A stretch of DNA of 63,243 nucleotides, filler included, from Hyphochytrium catenoides (taxonomy: Eukaryota; Protista; Hyphochytriomycota): the NCBI GenBank assembly GCA_900088475.1. It is 13 parts of 13 records of this genome, joined end to end, with 100 filler letters (N's around TTAATTAATTAA, not from the genome) between each part and the next. Parts side by side here need not be neighbours in the genome. Positions count along the whole stretch, not along the records: positions 8,783 to 13,937 come from FLMG01001909.1; positions 14,038 to 21,416 come from FLMG01002224.1; positions 21,517 to 23,737 come from FLMG01001769.1; positions 23,838 to 32,958 come from FLMG01003365.1; 9 more parts are not named here. One strand, 5' to 3'. This document shows, piece by piece, positions 11,740-23,889 of this stretch. Within the stretch, counting starts at the first letter, position 1; each line of letters opens with the position of its first letter. The notes beneath the pieces were generated by a model. It had not been told where the DNA came from and made no database searches. It was given only the letters and a program-made list of their open reading frames with translations. The translations under genes and the position numbers were made by a program.

Positions 11740-12721
11740 AGAAGAGAGCAGAAGCAGAGAAGAAGGGAAGAGAAAGGGAAGGTGAGAGAGGGAGGGTGGT
11801 AGAGGAAGAGAGAAAGTGAGAGAGAGAGAGAGAAGAGAGACAGGAAGAGAAAAAGAAGAAGAAGAGAGAGAGAGAAGGAGGGAGAGAGAGAGAGAGAGAG
11901 AGAGGACCTCTGTCCAGCGGAAGAGAAAGTATTGCGGGGCAAGAGAGAGAGACGGGAGAAGAGAGTTTCGGGACAGCCGAAGAGGAAAGTACTTGAGAAC
12001 TTGAGACTCGTAGGAGAAGAGAGGAGAGATATTGGCAAGAGAGAAAAGAAAAAAGGCAAGAGAGAGAGAGAGAGGGAAGTGTCCTGGGAGAGAGACCTTA
12101 AGAGCAAGAGAGAGAGGAAAGAGAGAGAAGAGAGAGAGGAAGAAAGGCCGCAGCCCTACTACCTATGATTGGCGGTGAGGGTGTAGGTGAGGGGAGGATA
12201 GCTGGTCTCCCGGCGAGGATAAGCGTTGAAATCTCCGGTAAGAATGACGGGAAGAGACCCTTCTCTTTCTCTCTCTCTCTCTCCCGAGTCTTCTTTCTCT
12301 CCTTTCTCTTTTTCTCCGGCACGGGACATGGTGTATAACTGAGAAAGGAGATACGACGCTTCCTGAGAGCGGAGTCTTTCTCCCTCTTCGCTCTTGGCTG
12401 CTTTCAGATGAGTCGTAGCCACGATGCACTTGCGGCCTGACAGAAAAGAGCGAAGGCAGAAGAGGCGAGAGAAGCAAGAAAGAACAAGAGAAAGAAAGAA
12501 AGAGAGAGAGGAGTGAGAGAGAGAAAGAGAGAGAAGAAAAGGAGAGATAGATAAATGGGGGACACGCAAAAAGGAAAAGGTGAGTGGTAACATCCGTGTC
12601 CGAGAAGATCAAAGAGAGAGAGAGAGAGAGTGAAAGAGAGAGAGAGTGAAAGAGAGAGAGAGAGAGAGTAGGAGAGAGAGAGAGAGAGAGAGAGTAAAAG
12701 AGAGAGAGAGAGACAGAGAGA

Positions 12722-12769
<48 letters not shown>

Positions 12770-13596
12770 GAGAGAGACAGGTTCAAACACACAGAGTAAG
12801 AGAGATGAGCTCCAGTACCATCGAGTTCCAGTGTGAGCACAAGCGCCACCTGATTCTGTTGCACTTTCTCTTCAGGAGAGAGAGTCTCCACTTTCTCTCC
12901 CGGCACATCCACAGCCTTGGGCGTCACATAGAGAATATTTCTCTTCTCAAGGAGCCTTCCTCTCTCTCTCCTGAAGAAGATAGCCACGCCGTCCACTCTC
13001 CCTCCATACTCAAGAGCGGGAGACGACGGCTTGGGGAGAAAGTGTCCCTCGTAGGAGAGAGAAGAGAGATGAGGCAGGAAGAAATCTTCAAAGTGGTCCA
13101 CTTCTTGCAGACAGAGAATGTCAGGCCACCAGCGATTTATCTCTTCCAGGAGTCTAAAACAGGAGAGAGAGACAGACAGAGAGAGAGCGAGAGAGACCGG
13201 AAAGAGAGAAAGAGAAGGGGACATATATATATATATATTTACCCAGAGAGGGAGAAAGAGGCATAGAGAATTGAAATGGAAGAAGAGAAAGGAAGGAAGA
13301 GAGAAAAGAGAGAGAGAGATAGAAGGAAGAAAGAGAGAGCGGAAGGGAGAGAGAGGGAGAGAGAAAAAGAGAGGGAGAAAGAGAGAAGCATTTCAAGAGG
13401 ACAGACAAACGGAGAAGAGACTAATCACTCTTTTGCCTTTAACTCCACTTTCTCTCTTCCCACTTCTCGTTTCCTCTTCTTTATACGTCTCTCGTCTCTC
13501 CTCTTTTATCTTACGGGTATGCTGCAGCGGCGTCTTCCTCCCTCTCTCTCGCTCCCTCTTTCTTTCTCCTCTCTCTCTCTCTCTCTCTCTTTCTTC

Positions 13597-13630
<34 letters not shown>

Positions 13631-13937
13631 TTCTCTCTTTCTTTCTCTCTTTCTTTCTCTCTTTTTCTCTCTCTCCCTCTCTTTCTTTCTCTCTCTGTCT
13701 CTCTCTCTCTCTTTCTTTCTTTCTCTTACTCTCTCTCTCTTTCTCTCCCTTCGCCTCACCTCCACTTCCTGCTCTCCCAGTCTAGCGCTCTCTTTGTGGC
13801 GTGAATGAATCCTCCCAGCGTCGGGCTGCTGCCGCTCAAACTGTCAGAAAGAACGTTGAACTGCATCACGCGGAGAGGGGGAGAGAGAGGAAAAGAGAGA
13901 GTCTCCCAGTCTCTCGGAAGTAGTGGAGGCCATTCCG
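11119..13937 (-). CDS. NOCT: Nocturnin-like EEP-family phosphatase (CCR4-related), 5 exons, 5' end at contig edge
   Basis: Spliced protein: LRVMQFNVLSDSLSG...LDWESRKWR|LLEEINRWWPDILCLQEVDHF...DGVAIFF...QNQVALV|IVATTHLKA...VILTGDFNA|YTTWKVR...VIDYIW|...LPCEEYPSDHIAIAAD*. All EEP catalytic motifs and the nocturnin-type YTTWK are present; GT-AG introns. Confidence 0.92.
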
Positions 13938-14037
13938 NNNNNNNNNNNNNNNNNNNNNNNNNNNNNNNNNNNNNNNNNNNNTTAATTAATTAANNNNNNN
14001 NNNNNNNNNNNNNNNNNNNNNNNNNNNNNNNNNNNNN

Positions 14038-14764
14038 CCCCCAGTTCGAGAGATCCACGCAGGAGAGAGACCCATTCGGTGACACTAAAGTCTAGCGAAG
14101 ACGGAAGAAGAGCTTCGAGACCTTCTACTTTTGCCTCAGAGGAAGAGAAGAAAGAGGAGAAAGAAGAGAGAGACGGAGAGAAAACAGGAGAGAGAGATGC
14201 ATTTGCTAGAGAGGCAGGAGTAGAAAGTAAGAGGCTTCCTCTCCAACAAACGCAGTGGAAGAGCTTCTCGCTTGCTAAAGAGAGAGAGAGAGCGTGGTGA
14301 TCGAGCGGACGAGGTACATCCTCTTCTCTCTTTTCTTGCGTGTCTTCGCTGCAGAGAACACGAAACTGGAGACACTCTCTTCTCTTTTCTCTCTCTTTCG
14401 AAAGAAAGGCTTCTAACTTCTCTCCCACTTGTTCCTCGGCCGACGTGGAAGGGAGCCAAGAGAGAGAGAGAGGCGTTCCTTCTGGTACAAAGGACACTAG
14501 CCCCTGGAGGAAGTTTAAAAGAGACCGAGAAAGAGAAGACGTTCTGATGTTGACTTGGTCATCACTGTCTCTCTCTCTTTCTGAAAAGGATCTCAGTTTT
14601 CTTTTTCTTCCTCGCTGTGGTGTGGTTGAGGGAAGCTGAAGAGCAGAAGAGAGGGAGGCACGAGGTAACGTCAGAGAAGATAGACTCTTAGTGAAGCGGA
14701 GAGAGTGAGAGAAAGATAGAGATAGAGAGAGTGAGAGAGAGAGAGAAATGAGACAGAGGGAAAC

Positions 14765-14809
<45 letters not shown>

Positions 14810-15526
14810 TGATACGAAAGGGAGAGAGATAGTGGAGCGAGGCAGATGCACAAAGGGGTCGCAAATGAAGACAGAGAGAGAGGAAGCCACTCTGATAACG
14901 GAGAGAGAGAAGAGGAAGAAGAAAGTTTAAGAGTTATCTACAGAAATGGAAGAGAGTAAAGAAAGGAAAGACCTTTGGCGCTAGTACCTTGACATTTTGC
15001 ACCCATTTCTCTCTCTCTCTCTCCAATTCCTCGACTGTCCTGCCCCAGATTTTCCTAGGGAGAGAGGGAGAGAGAGAGCCATCCAAATCAACCAGTGCAT
15101 AGGCAACAAGCGACTCTTTCGTCTCTCCTAGAGACGTACGTAGAAGATGAAAGAGTAAGGAACCATCATGTAGAAGACAGAGTAAGAGAGAGGAAGACAA
15201 AAGGAAAAAACGCGAGAGAAAGAGGGAAAGAGAGAAAGAGAGATAGTATAGAGAGACAGAGAGCGGGGGAGAGAGAGGCGGAGAGAAAGAGAGAGAGAGA
15301 GGATAGGAATCCCAGGATGAGTTCATAAAGAGTGATAAAGGGTCAGAGAAAGAGAGAGAGACCAAATAGCTGGACGAGCTTATTGGTGACAAAAGAAGGG
15401 GAGATGAGAGAGAGAGAGAGGTGGAAAGACAGAGCGAGAAAGACACAGTTCTACGGAGAGCGAGGCGGAGCTCATGTCCCAAGGAGAGACAGAGAGAGAC
15501 GGATATAGAGAGAGATCTTGAAGGAT

Positions 15527-15557
<31 letters not shown>

Positions 15558-15701
15558 TCATAGAGAAGCTTTACCAGTGAGCTGTGTGGGGCTGTAGCGC
15601 TGTATGACCTCTCTCAAGCGATCAAACAGGGAACAAAGGCTCTCCCTCTCGCTCGTCTTCGAGTGAAGCAACAGCAGATGATAGCTCACAGGTGGGTCCA
15701 T
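14038..15701 (-). CDS. Multi-exon gene of unknown function, 3'-truncated at contig edge
   Basis: ATG at 15701 (MDPPVSYHLLLLHSK...), GTAAAG donor, and non-repetitive coding-like blocks ESLVAYALVDLDG and LLNFLQGLVSFVPEG...FHCVCWRGSLLL separated by CT-rich introns. No family recognised. Confidence 0.45.
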
Positions 15702-15844
15702 TCTTTTCTCTCTCACTCTCAACCCCACTTTCTCTCTCTCTCTCTGTCTCTCTCTTTCTCGCTTATGTCCCTTTTTCTCTCTCTGTCTCGACGTTAATCT
15801 GTGTCTCTCGATGTCACTGTCCTCTCCACTTCCTCGTCTCTTTT

Positions 15845-15917
<73 letters not shown>

Positions 15918-18202
15918 CTGTGCGCCAGCCTCAGCCCACAATAGCTTGGCCTCCTTTGTCCTTTCCTTCTCTATCTCTGTCCTTCTTTCCTTCTCCAGTC
16001 AAGCTTCAACGTCACCATCGCTCCTTCACCTTCATGCCTTGCCTTTAGCGTGCTTTCTCTCCTGATGTCCTGTCATAAGAGTAACGGCGATGCTGCGCTG
16101 CTTCCACAGGTAAAGAAAGCGACAGAGAGAGAGAGAGACTAGCGGAAGAGGAAAATGAGAATGAGCCAAGGTGATGGAGAACGGGGGAGAAGAGAGAGGA
16201 GGACCAGAGAGAAAGAAAAGAGAGAACGAGAGAGAGAAAGACCGAGAGAGAAGGGGGAAGAGTGAAAGGGACAGAGAGAGAAAGAGAGAGAGAGAGAGGG
16301 AGAGAGGGAGAAAGAGAGCGAGCGAGCGGGAGAGGGAGAGAGAGAAAAGAGAGCAAGCGAGAGAGAGAGGAAGGGAGAGAGAAAAAGTGTACAGGATTAC
16401 CAAGGACTCAAGGACATCAAATATTCCAAATTTGGCGGGAAGCACTACTGTGTCGTGCACATACAGCGGTGTTACAACGACAACAGACCAAGCGACCAAG
16501 TATTACCTTCAGCTATGGCCGGATCTTACGAAAATAACACCTGCCCTTAACCATGTGTAAGGTTTCAGTGTTTCAGTTCATACTAACCACAGCTCCGAAA
16601 TTTGTAAAAACAGGCAACCTGAGGTTATTTTGGGAAAGGGTTATTATTCATGTGAATAACTGAACCTCGCGTTATAAATAGGATTTATAACGAATAATAC
16701 TACCGTTTCGCAGTAAAAAAATGTGTTTTCTTTCACTTTTTGGTATATCCCAAGGTGCTTCAAGTAACCTATGTCCAGAGGCGATGGCAGGTTAGCAGGA
16801 ACCATCCAAAAGCGGTTGATACCGCTTATCAACCATCGCAAAGAGCCCCCACAAGAGACTGGTTGTGGTGCAGCAGAGAGAATTACTCTCAACCCCTGTT
16901 TCGCTCTTTCTAGAACGTGCACCACTATCAGAAACATGTTTGTCTGGATCATTCCTTAGCTAAAACAAGGTTTGGGGTCTCATTGGCCTTGGAATAGTGA
17001 GAACATCTCTATCTGTTAGCACATACATCTCAGCACTACTCTGTCTCATCTATCGGCGTATTCATCTTCCAGAATAACACTATAAAAGCCTCTTTTTATT
17101 ATGCTCTTCCTCGCGTGCCAACGTATCTCACGTTCCTCTCTATCTCGCACTTTCTGAGCTCTTTCCCCTCATCAGCCTCTCGCACCTACTCGAAAAAAGC
17201 CGTTTGTACACACAAGCTTGATGCTCTTTCTCTCTCTCTCTTGACTCTCTCTCTTTCTTTCTCTCTCTCTCTCTTTCTCTCTGGACTCTCTCTCGCTCGC
17301 TCGACTCTCTCTTTGGGTTTATCACTATTACCTCTAAAATTCTGAGTTCTCTTTCTCATCTTCCTATATCTCTTCCTATTCTGTCTCCACTTTTTGCCTC
17401 TCTTCCTGTCCGTTTGTCACCTTTTCTTTTGCTTTCTCTCTCTCTCCATTGCCTTCTTTTGGCCATTTCTGTATNNNNNTCTCTCTCTCTCTCTCTCTCT
17501 CTTATCTCTCTCTCTCTCTCTCCCTTGTTCTCTCTCTCTTTCTCTCTCTGTGCCCTCTGTTCCATCAGTTCCTACTCGTAGCCACTTTCCTCTTGTTGCT
17601 AACTTTTTGTCCAGACAGAGGAAGACAGAGAGAAAGAGAGAGAGAGAGAGAAAAGACAAACAGGGAAGAGAGAGAAGAGGAATTGCGAATAGTCCGTCTT
17701 GCTACTTGTAGGAACAGAGCCTGTGACACATCTCTGGAAAGGAGAGAAAGAAGAAGAGACACGTCAACAACTCTGAGCGTGAGAGAGAGACAGCGCCAAG
17801 CATCTGGAGCTTTGAGACGAGCTCCCATTGGCAAAACGAGAGGGAAAAGTCACAGACGACAAAGACTCGTATAGGGAGAAAAGAGAGAGAGAGAGAGGGA
17901 GAGAGACGCCGGTCTGGGCATCGCTTCGCTTTCATTATCTCTTAGTTTGGAACGAGAGAGACTTCTCTTTTTCCCTCTTCGTTGTACCTTCTTCGGTATA
18001 TTCCTCTCTGAGAGGCGTCAACCCTCTCTTCCCTCTCTCCTACCACGACGACTCTTCTTTCTCTTCCTCTCTTTCCTCTTTCTTTCTCTCTTCCAGGTTT
18101 CTGGCAGCAGAGAGTGCTGCAGAGACCTGAATGGGAGCTGGATAACGCCCGAGGACCCTGCGAGCGGGGTGCAGACTAACTCTCAAGGAGAGAAACAACC
18201 AA

Positions 18203-18233
<31 letters not shown>

Positions 18234-18412
18234 CACCTTGTGCACTCTTCCTCTTAGGGAAGCCACCATTTAGAAACGGGACCAGCGAGAGAGAGAGAAA
18301 GAGAGACAGACCGATCATAGGAAGAGACTACAATCTCTTCTAGGCACTCTAGCTTCTCAAAGGGAAAGAGAGAGAGACAGAAACAAGGAAAGAGAGAGAG
18401 AGAGAGAGAAAG

Positions 18413-19053
18413 ATGGCTATTGTCAACAAACCCACGATCATCGAGGCGGCCGGATGCCGTTTCTTTATTATGGACGCGCCTTCAGACGCAACGCTGCAGG
18501 ACTATGTCCGGGAGCTCAAGGACGAGAATATTCACGATGTCGTGCGAGCTTGTGAGCCCACTTATGATAAGACGGGCTTTGAAAAGGCCGGGATAAATGT
18601 CCATGTAAGCTCTCTCTCTCTCTCTCTTTCTCTCTTCCTTTCGTGTTTTCTCTCTCCTGGAGTTGCGTGCTGGTCGTTTCTCTCTCTGTTCAAAAGTCTT
18701 CCGGGTGGAGTGTCTTAGGCCTGAACCCTCATCTCTTGTCCTTCTTTCTTCCTCTCTCTCTTTTACTCTCTCTTTCCTTTTCTCTCTCTTTCTCTCTCTC
18801 TCTCTCACGTTTCTCGGTCTCTCTCTCTCTGTCGCTCTTCCCATTTCAAACAAAAAGGATTTGGAGTTTCCCGATGGTTCTCCTCCGAGTGAGGAGATCA
18901 TAAAGAAGTGGATGGAGCTTTTGGACAAAGTCTTTTCCAAGAAGAAGAGTGCAAGTGGAAGAGTCGTCGGACAGAAAGACCCAGGCGTGGCTGTACACTG
19001 CATTGCAGGGCTTGGGAGGTAAGCCTCATAGAGTCTCTCTTTTTCTTTTTTCT

Positions 19054-19091
<38 letters not shown>

Positions 19092-19433
19092 TGTTCTTCT
19101 CTGATCTTTGGTTTGCCTTCTCCCGATTTGTGGTCTCTTCTTTCCTCCCTTGGTCTGTGTCGCGTTCCGCTCTGCCTTCTTGGTCTTACAGGTCATGCTC
19201 TTCTCTCTCTTTCTCTCTCTCTCTCCCTCCTTTCTCTCTCTCTCTCTCTCTCTCTCATTTAAAGAGCGCCTGTCCTGGTGGCCATCGCGCTGATTGAGAA
19301 CCGCATGGACGCTCTGGCAGCTGTGGAGCTGATCAGAAGCAGAAGAAGAGGCGCGATCAACATGCGGCAGCTTACTTACCTAGAGAAGTACCAGAGAGGA
19401 AAGAGTGAGGCGGGGAAGTGCCTTATTATGTAG
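18413..19433 (+). CDS. PTP4A: PRL/PTP4A prenylated protein tyrosine phosphatase, complete, 3 exons (18413-18604, 18858-19018, 19265-19433)
   Basis: [25 protein letters not shown]-loop [32 protein letters not shown] and C-terminal CaaX CLIM*. Confidence 0.96.
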
Positions 19434-20338
19434 ACGCTCTCTCCCTTGCGGTCTCTCTTTCTTATTCTCTCTCTCTGTCTCGTCAACGGACGGGGAGGAG
19501 GAATGTCCACGGTCCCGCTCCAATTTTCTCCCTCTTCATCTCTTCTTTTCCTTTGCTTATGAGGGCAGCTGAGACGAGGGATGGAGGGTGCTTTTTTGCT
19601 TCTCTCTCTTTTTTGGCGTAAGGCCCCTCTTTGGTCTCTCTCTCTCTATCCCTCTCCCCACACTGGGAAGGGTTTATAGGGGAAGAGCCTCCCGCGGAGA
19701 TCCATAAAAGGGAACTTAGGTCAGCAAAGAGAGGCGAAAGTGGGGTCGAAGGAGGGGAAAAGAGGAGCAATTGAGAAAGAGAGAGAGAGAGAAAGAGAAA
19801 GAGAGGAAGGAATCATGGTTGAGAAGTCTTTGAAAGACATAATGTATTATTATCTCTCTGTCCTTCCTAAGATCCTCTGTTCGCACCTCTTCGGTGCCTC
19901 TTGTTGTTTGCTTATCATGTTCTTCTCTCGTCATGCTTGAGTCCATATTCTCGCCTGCTCTCTCTCTTTCACTTTCTCTGCCTCTATTTCTCTCTCTATT
20001 TTTCCCTCCTATCCTATCGTCTCACAGTCAGGAGACATACAGAAATGAGGTCCACTGGGATCCACTACATATCTTCCCCTACCTTTTAGCTTCTCTTTTT
20101 GTCTCTCTCTCTCGCTCTCTCTCATCATCTTCCTCCTCTATGGCCTTTCGTCTTTTGCAATTCTGTGTGCCTTTCTCCCTTTTGAACTTGTTTGCGTTAT
20201 ATCTTCATAGGCATGGAAGCAGTCTTCCCTCTCTTTCTATCTCCTTCTTAGCTTCCCCCTCCAACGCTACCTTCCATCTGTCCCATCTGCTTTCTCTAGA
20301 GTCCTTCTCTCAGCCTCTGCCTTCTCTCCTCCCTTTGT

Positions 20339-20398
<60 letters not shown>

Positions 20399-20947
20399 GA
20401 CTCACATTCATCCTCTCTCCGTCCTCTTCTCGTCCAGTTTCGCTGTCTTCTCTTCCGGGGCTTCCATCCCTTGGTAGGGACCCCTACCCGTCTCTTCTGT
20501 CCTCGGCCTTCCCTTATAACAACTCCTCCATAATCTCTCTGTCCTTCTCTTCCCCTATCTCTTTCCTCTCTCTCTCTCTCTCTCCATTCTTAGTTCCCTC
20601 TCTCTCATTCTCTCTCTTCTCTCTCTCTTCTCTATCCTTCTCTCTCTCTCTTCTCTCTCCTTCTCTCTCTCTCTCTCTCTCTCTTCCTCTGCCCTCTCAG
20701 GTCGAGTGATCCCCACGACTCGCCAATCAAAGCACCTCTGTTTAGGGGCCGTAAAAACACACCAACTAACCATAGCAAGGGCTAAAGAATGCGGTTCTTT
20801 TAGAGAGGTGACTAATAAGGACCGTTACATGTAGGGCAGTCGGGTAGAAAGGACCAACGAAGAGAAGAGGGGGAAAGAGAGAGAAAGAGAGAGAGAGAGA
20901 GAAACAGAGAGACAGAGAGAGAGACAGAGAGACAGAGAGAGAGAAAC

Positions 20948-20982
<35 letters not shown>

Positions 20983-21516
20983 AACAGAGCGACAGAGAGA
21001 GAGAGACAGAGAGACAGAGAGAGAGAAACAGAGAGACAGAGAGAGAGAGAGAGAGAGAGGACAGAGAGAGAGAGACAGAGAGAGGAAGAGAGACAAAGAG
21101 AGAGACAGAGAGAGACAGAGAGAGACAGAGAAAGAGAGACAGAGAGACAGAGAGAGAGAGAGAGAAAGTACTGAAAGAGAGAGAAGGAGGAGGAAGAGAG
21201 AGAGAAAAACTAGCCTACAAGCTGCAGAATACGAGAAAGGAAGCTCTGCACGGTGGATGACTGAGAGAGAGAAGGGGAAGACGGATGAGGGAAGAGAAGG
21301 AAGAAGTCGAGCTGGAAGAGAGAAGGGGAGGTGGTCTCTTAGGTGAGCTGCGCAGCCACGATTGCTTTTGAAATGGGTTGAACGCCAAGAGAGAGGAAGA
21401 GAAAAGAGAGAGAGAGNNNNNNNNNNNNNNNNNNNNNNNNNNNNNNNNNNNNNNNNNNNNTTAATTAATTAANNNNNNNNNNNNNNNNNNNNNNNNNNNN
21501 NNNNNNNNNNNNNNNN

Positions 21517-22400
21517 GTCAAAGACTTTGTTCCATTGACGAGGACTCTGTTTGGGACCATAGATGCTGTGCTTCAACTCACAAACGAGATGCTCCTGTCC
21601 CCGTTGAGCGATCCTGGTGGTTGGCGCATCTAGATGGTCTCATCAAAATCGCCATGGAGAAATGCAGTACGAATATCCAGATGATGGATCTCATAATCAT
21701 ACATCGCAGCTCAAGAGAGGATAACATTAGACGGGCGCGTAGCTGACAACTGGCCCAAATACCTCTTGGAATCGATCCCCTGCCTTGAGCCACCAGTTGT
21801 GCGTTATAGCGATTGATATGGCCATCACTTTCATTCATGCGACATACCCATTTACACCCAATGATGTTTGTGCCTGGAGGACGTTCAACGAGTTCCCAAA
21901 CGTCGTGTTGGTCCATAGATGCCATTTCACTGCCTCTTTGAATCTGGTAAGAGAGCATGCGCAAGACAACCAAAGACACGGAGATGGCCTAACGTCCGGT
22001 TTAGCATTGAACCATTTTTCATACGGAGTCGCTCGTTGTAGAGCGCTTGTTGGAGAGAGAATACCTACCTACCTATGCAGCTGTTAACAGAGCTTCGAAT
22101 CAAGAAAAGCTTGACGCTGATAATAATATTCTCCACACTTTCTACCTAGCGCTGAAGAACAGAAAATGTGCAATTTTCTGGAAAACTTGACGCCTTTATC
22201 AAAGAGGAAGGAAACAACATCTCGCCAAACTCGTTGTTCATCGTACATCGAGAAATGTGTGCAATGAAAACCCAAGAACCAAGTAATTGTCTTTCTAGCG
22301 GGTCTATAGCATGCGGGGAGGTGTTAAATGTCCAGCTTCGACCCTTCCCCATAGGGAGTTCGAGCTGCGGGGAGATGTTGGCGTGTGAGGGCACAGCTAT
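21517..22400 (-). mobile_element. Decayed Ty1/Copia integrase C-terminus and reverse transcriptase
   Basis: EMASMDQHDVWELVERPPGTNIIGCKWV...DGHINRYNAQLVAQG, then (frameshifted) DYEIHHLDIRTAFLHGDFDE and KHSIYGPKQSPRQWNK. Upstream YDEQRVWRDVVSF. Confidence 0.9.
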
Positions 22401-22487
22401 GTGGACTACAAGCTGGCAAGCTTAACTATTCAAATTTCAGCTCCAAACTCCTATTGAAGCCGAGATATGAAGCAAATGTAATGTCCT

Positions 22488-23072
22488 TGTTTATATCTGT
22501 GGCTTATGGTCAGTACCCCGAAATATCTTCAGGATTGACTATTCTAGACAGGGATCTTTTGGCTGAGTGCTTGTTAAGAGGCAGTGTTGGACTTGTGCTC
22601 TTCGTAGGAGATTGATGAATGAATTAACTGATCAAAGTGACCAAGTGCTCATTAAGCTCTTGTCTAGTGATTCTTCTAGAGCAAACTAGCTAACGTACGT
22701 AAGTTCGCTAACTTACTACCGAACTACTGAGCTACTTCCTATATCCAAGTTCTATGATGAAGAGCAACACATGCAAAGATGATAGAAGTACGGTAGAAGA
22801 GAGTGAGAGAGAAAGACTTCAGAAGAGACACGAAGGAAGAAAGACTTTCAAGAGCTTGTTGGATTATATGGGATGATTGTTGGACAATGTCATTAGATGA
22901 GAGTGCTCTACTTATAAGCCCAACTGGGGCCCCATAATCTAGAGCTATTCTGACCTATGCCAACTATTCCTAATAAAGTCTAAGATATGGAGTTATAGAG
23001 AAATCTCTGTCTAGAATAGTCAGTTCTGAAGGTATTTCGGGGTACTGTCCATAAGCCATAGGTATCAATACA
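22488..23072. mobile_element. 585-bp TG...CA element with ~68-bp terminal inverted repeats (solo-LTR/MITE-like)
   Basis: 22488-22555 is the reverse complement of 23003-23072 with a few substitutions. On the minus strand it has an internal CTTATAAG and a CT-rich tract; no ORF. Confidence 0.75.
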
Positions 23073-23889
23073 GCAGGCAAGCCTGAGGGCTCGCCCTTTT
23101 AGATAGGGGTAATCCAGCCTTGACCGGCAGGATTATTGTACGAGTACACCGTACTTTACTTGCTCAAGCAGGATTAGATCATAGTCCTCCGTTATTATTA
23201 GCATCTTAGCAAATTGAGATTTGATGAATAATAACCGAGTTTATTTGTTTTTTATTTGGAATAGTAACCGGGTAAATTTGTTTTATAACAATAGCCGGTA
23301 GGTCTAATAACAGCTATATAAATACAACTACAACAGGGAGGAGTTGGAGTGGATTTGGTTCCTCAGTATAGTAATGGGGAGAGGGAAAAGCCGAACAACG
23401 ACCACAGAGTACAGTGTCAAAAAGAGCTACAGTACGATTGGACTACATACAGTACCGAAACCTGTCCCCTTTCGTGCAACATAATCACCCTTTGGCATGT
23501 CTTGAGAATGAATTAATGAACCCAAGACGAACAATATGCTTTCGATGAATTGATTATTTGGTGATTACAAAAAATGACCAATCACAGAATTAACGACGTT
23601 TGCATTTGTTTTCAAAGTCCTTTTGGATTCTTTTTACCCCCCTTTATGTTCCTATTTACGTAAGCACTTAAGTTTATTCGATCAGAGAATGCTTATCAAA
23701 ATGGTGATTGGAAACAAATCATGAATTAACGTCAACCNNNNNNNNNNNNNNNNNNNNNNNNNNNNNNNNNNNNNNNNNNNNTTAATTAATTAANNNNNNN
23801 NNNNNNNNNNNNNNNNNNNNNNNNNNNNNNNNNNNNNGTACGTCCTCTGTCCTATAGCTCACTCTCCTTTCCGCCTGCCACTTTTGCAG

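Noticed and set aside
10272-21416. Numerous poly-ER and poly-SL ORFs in the ORF track (also at 55752-62869)
   Set aside because: They are translations of stop-free GA/CT dinucleotide arrays, mostly intronic or intergenic.
23227-23300. Degenerate ~31-33 bp tandem repeat (AATARTAACCG...TTTGTTTT)
   Set aside because: Only about 2.5 imperfect copies with no spacers, in AT-rich TE-flanking DNA; not CRISPR-like.
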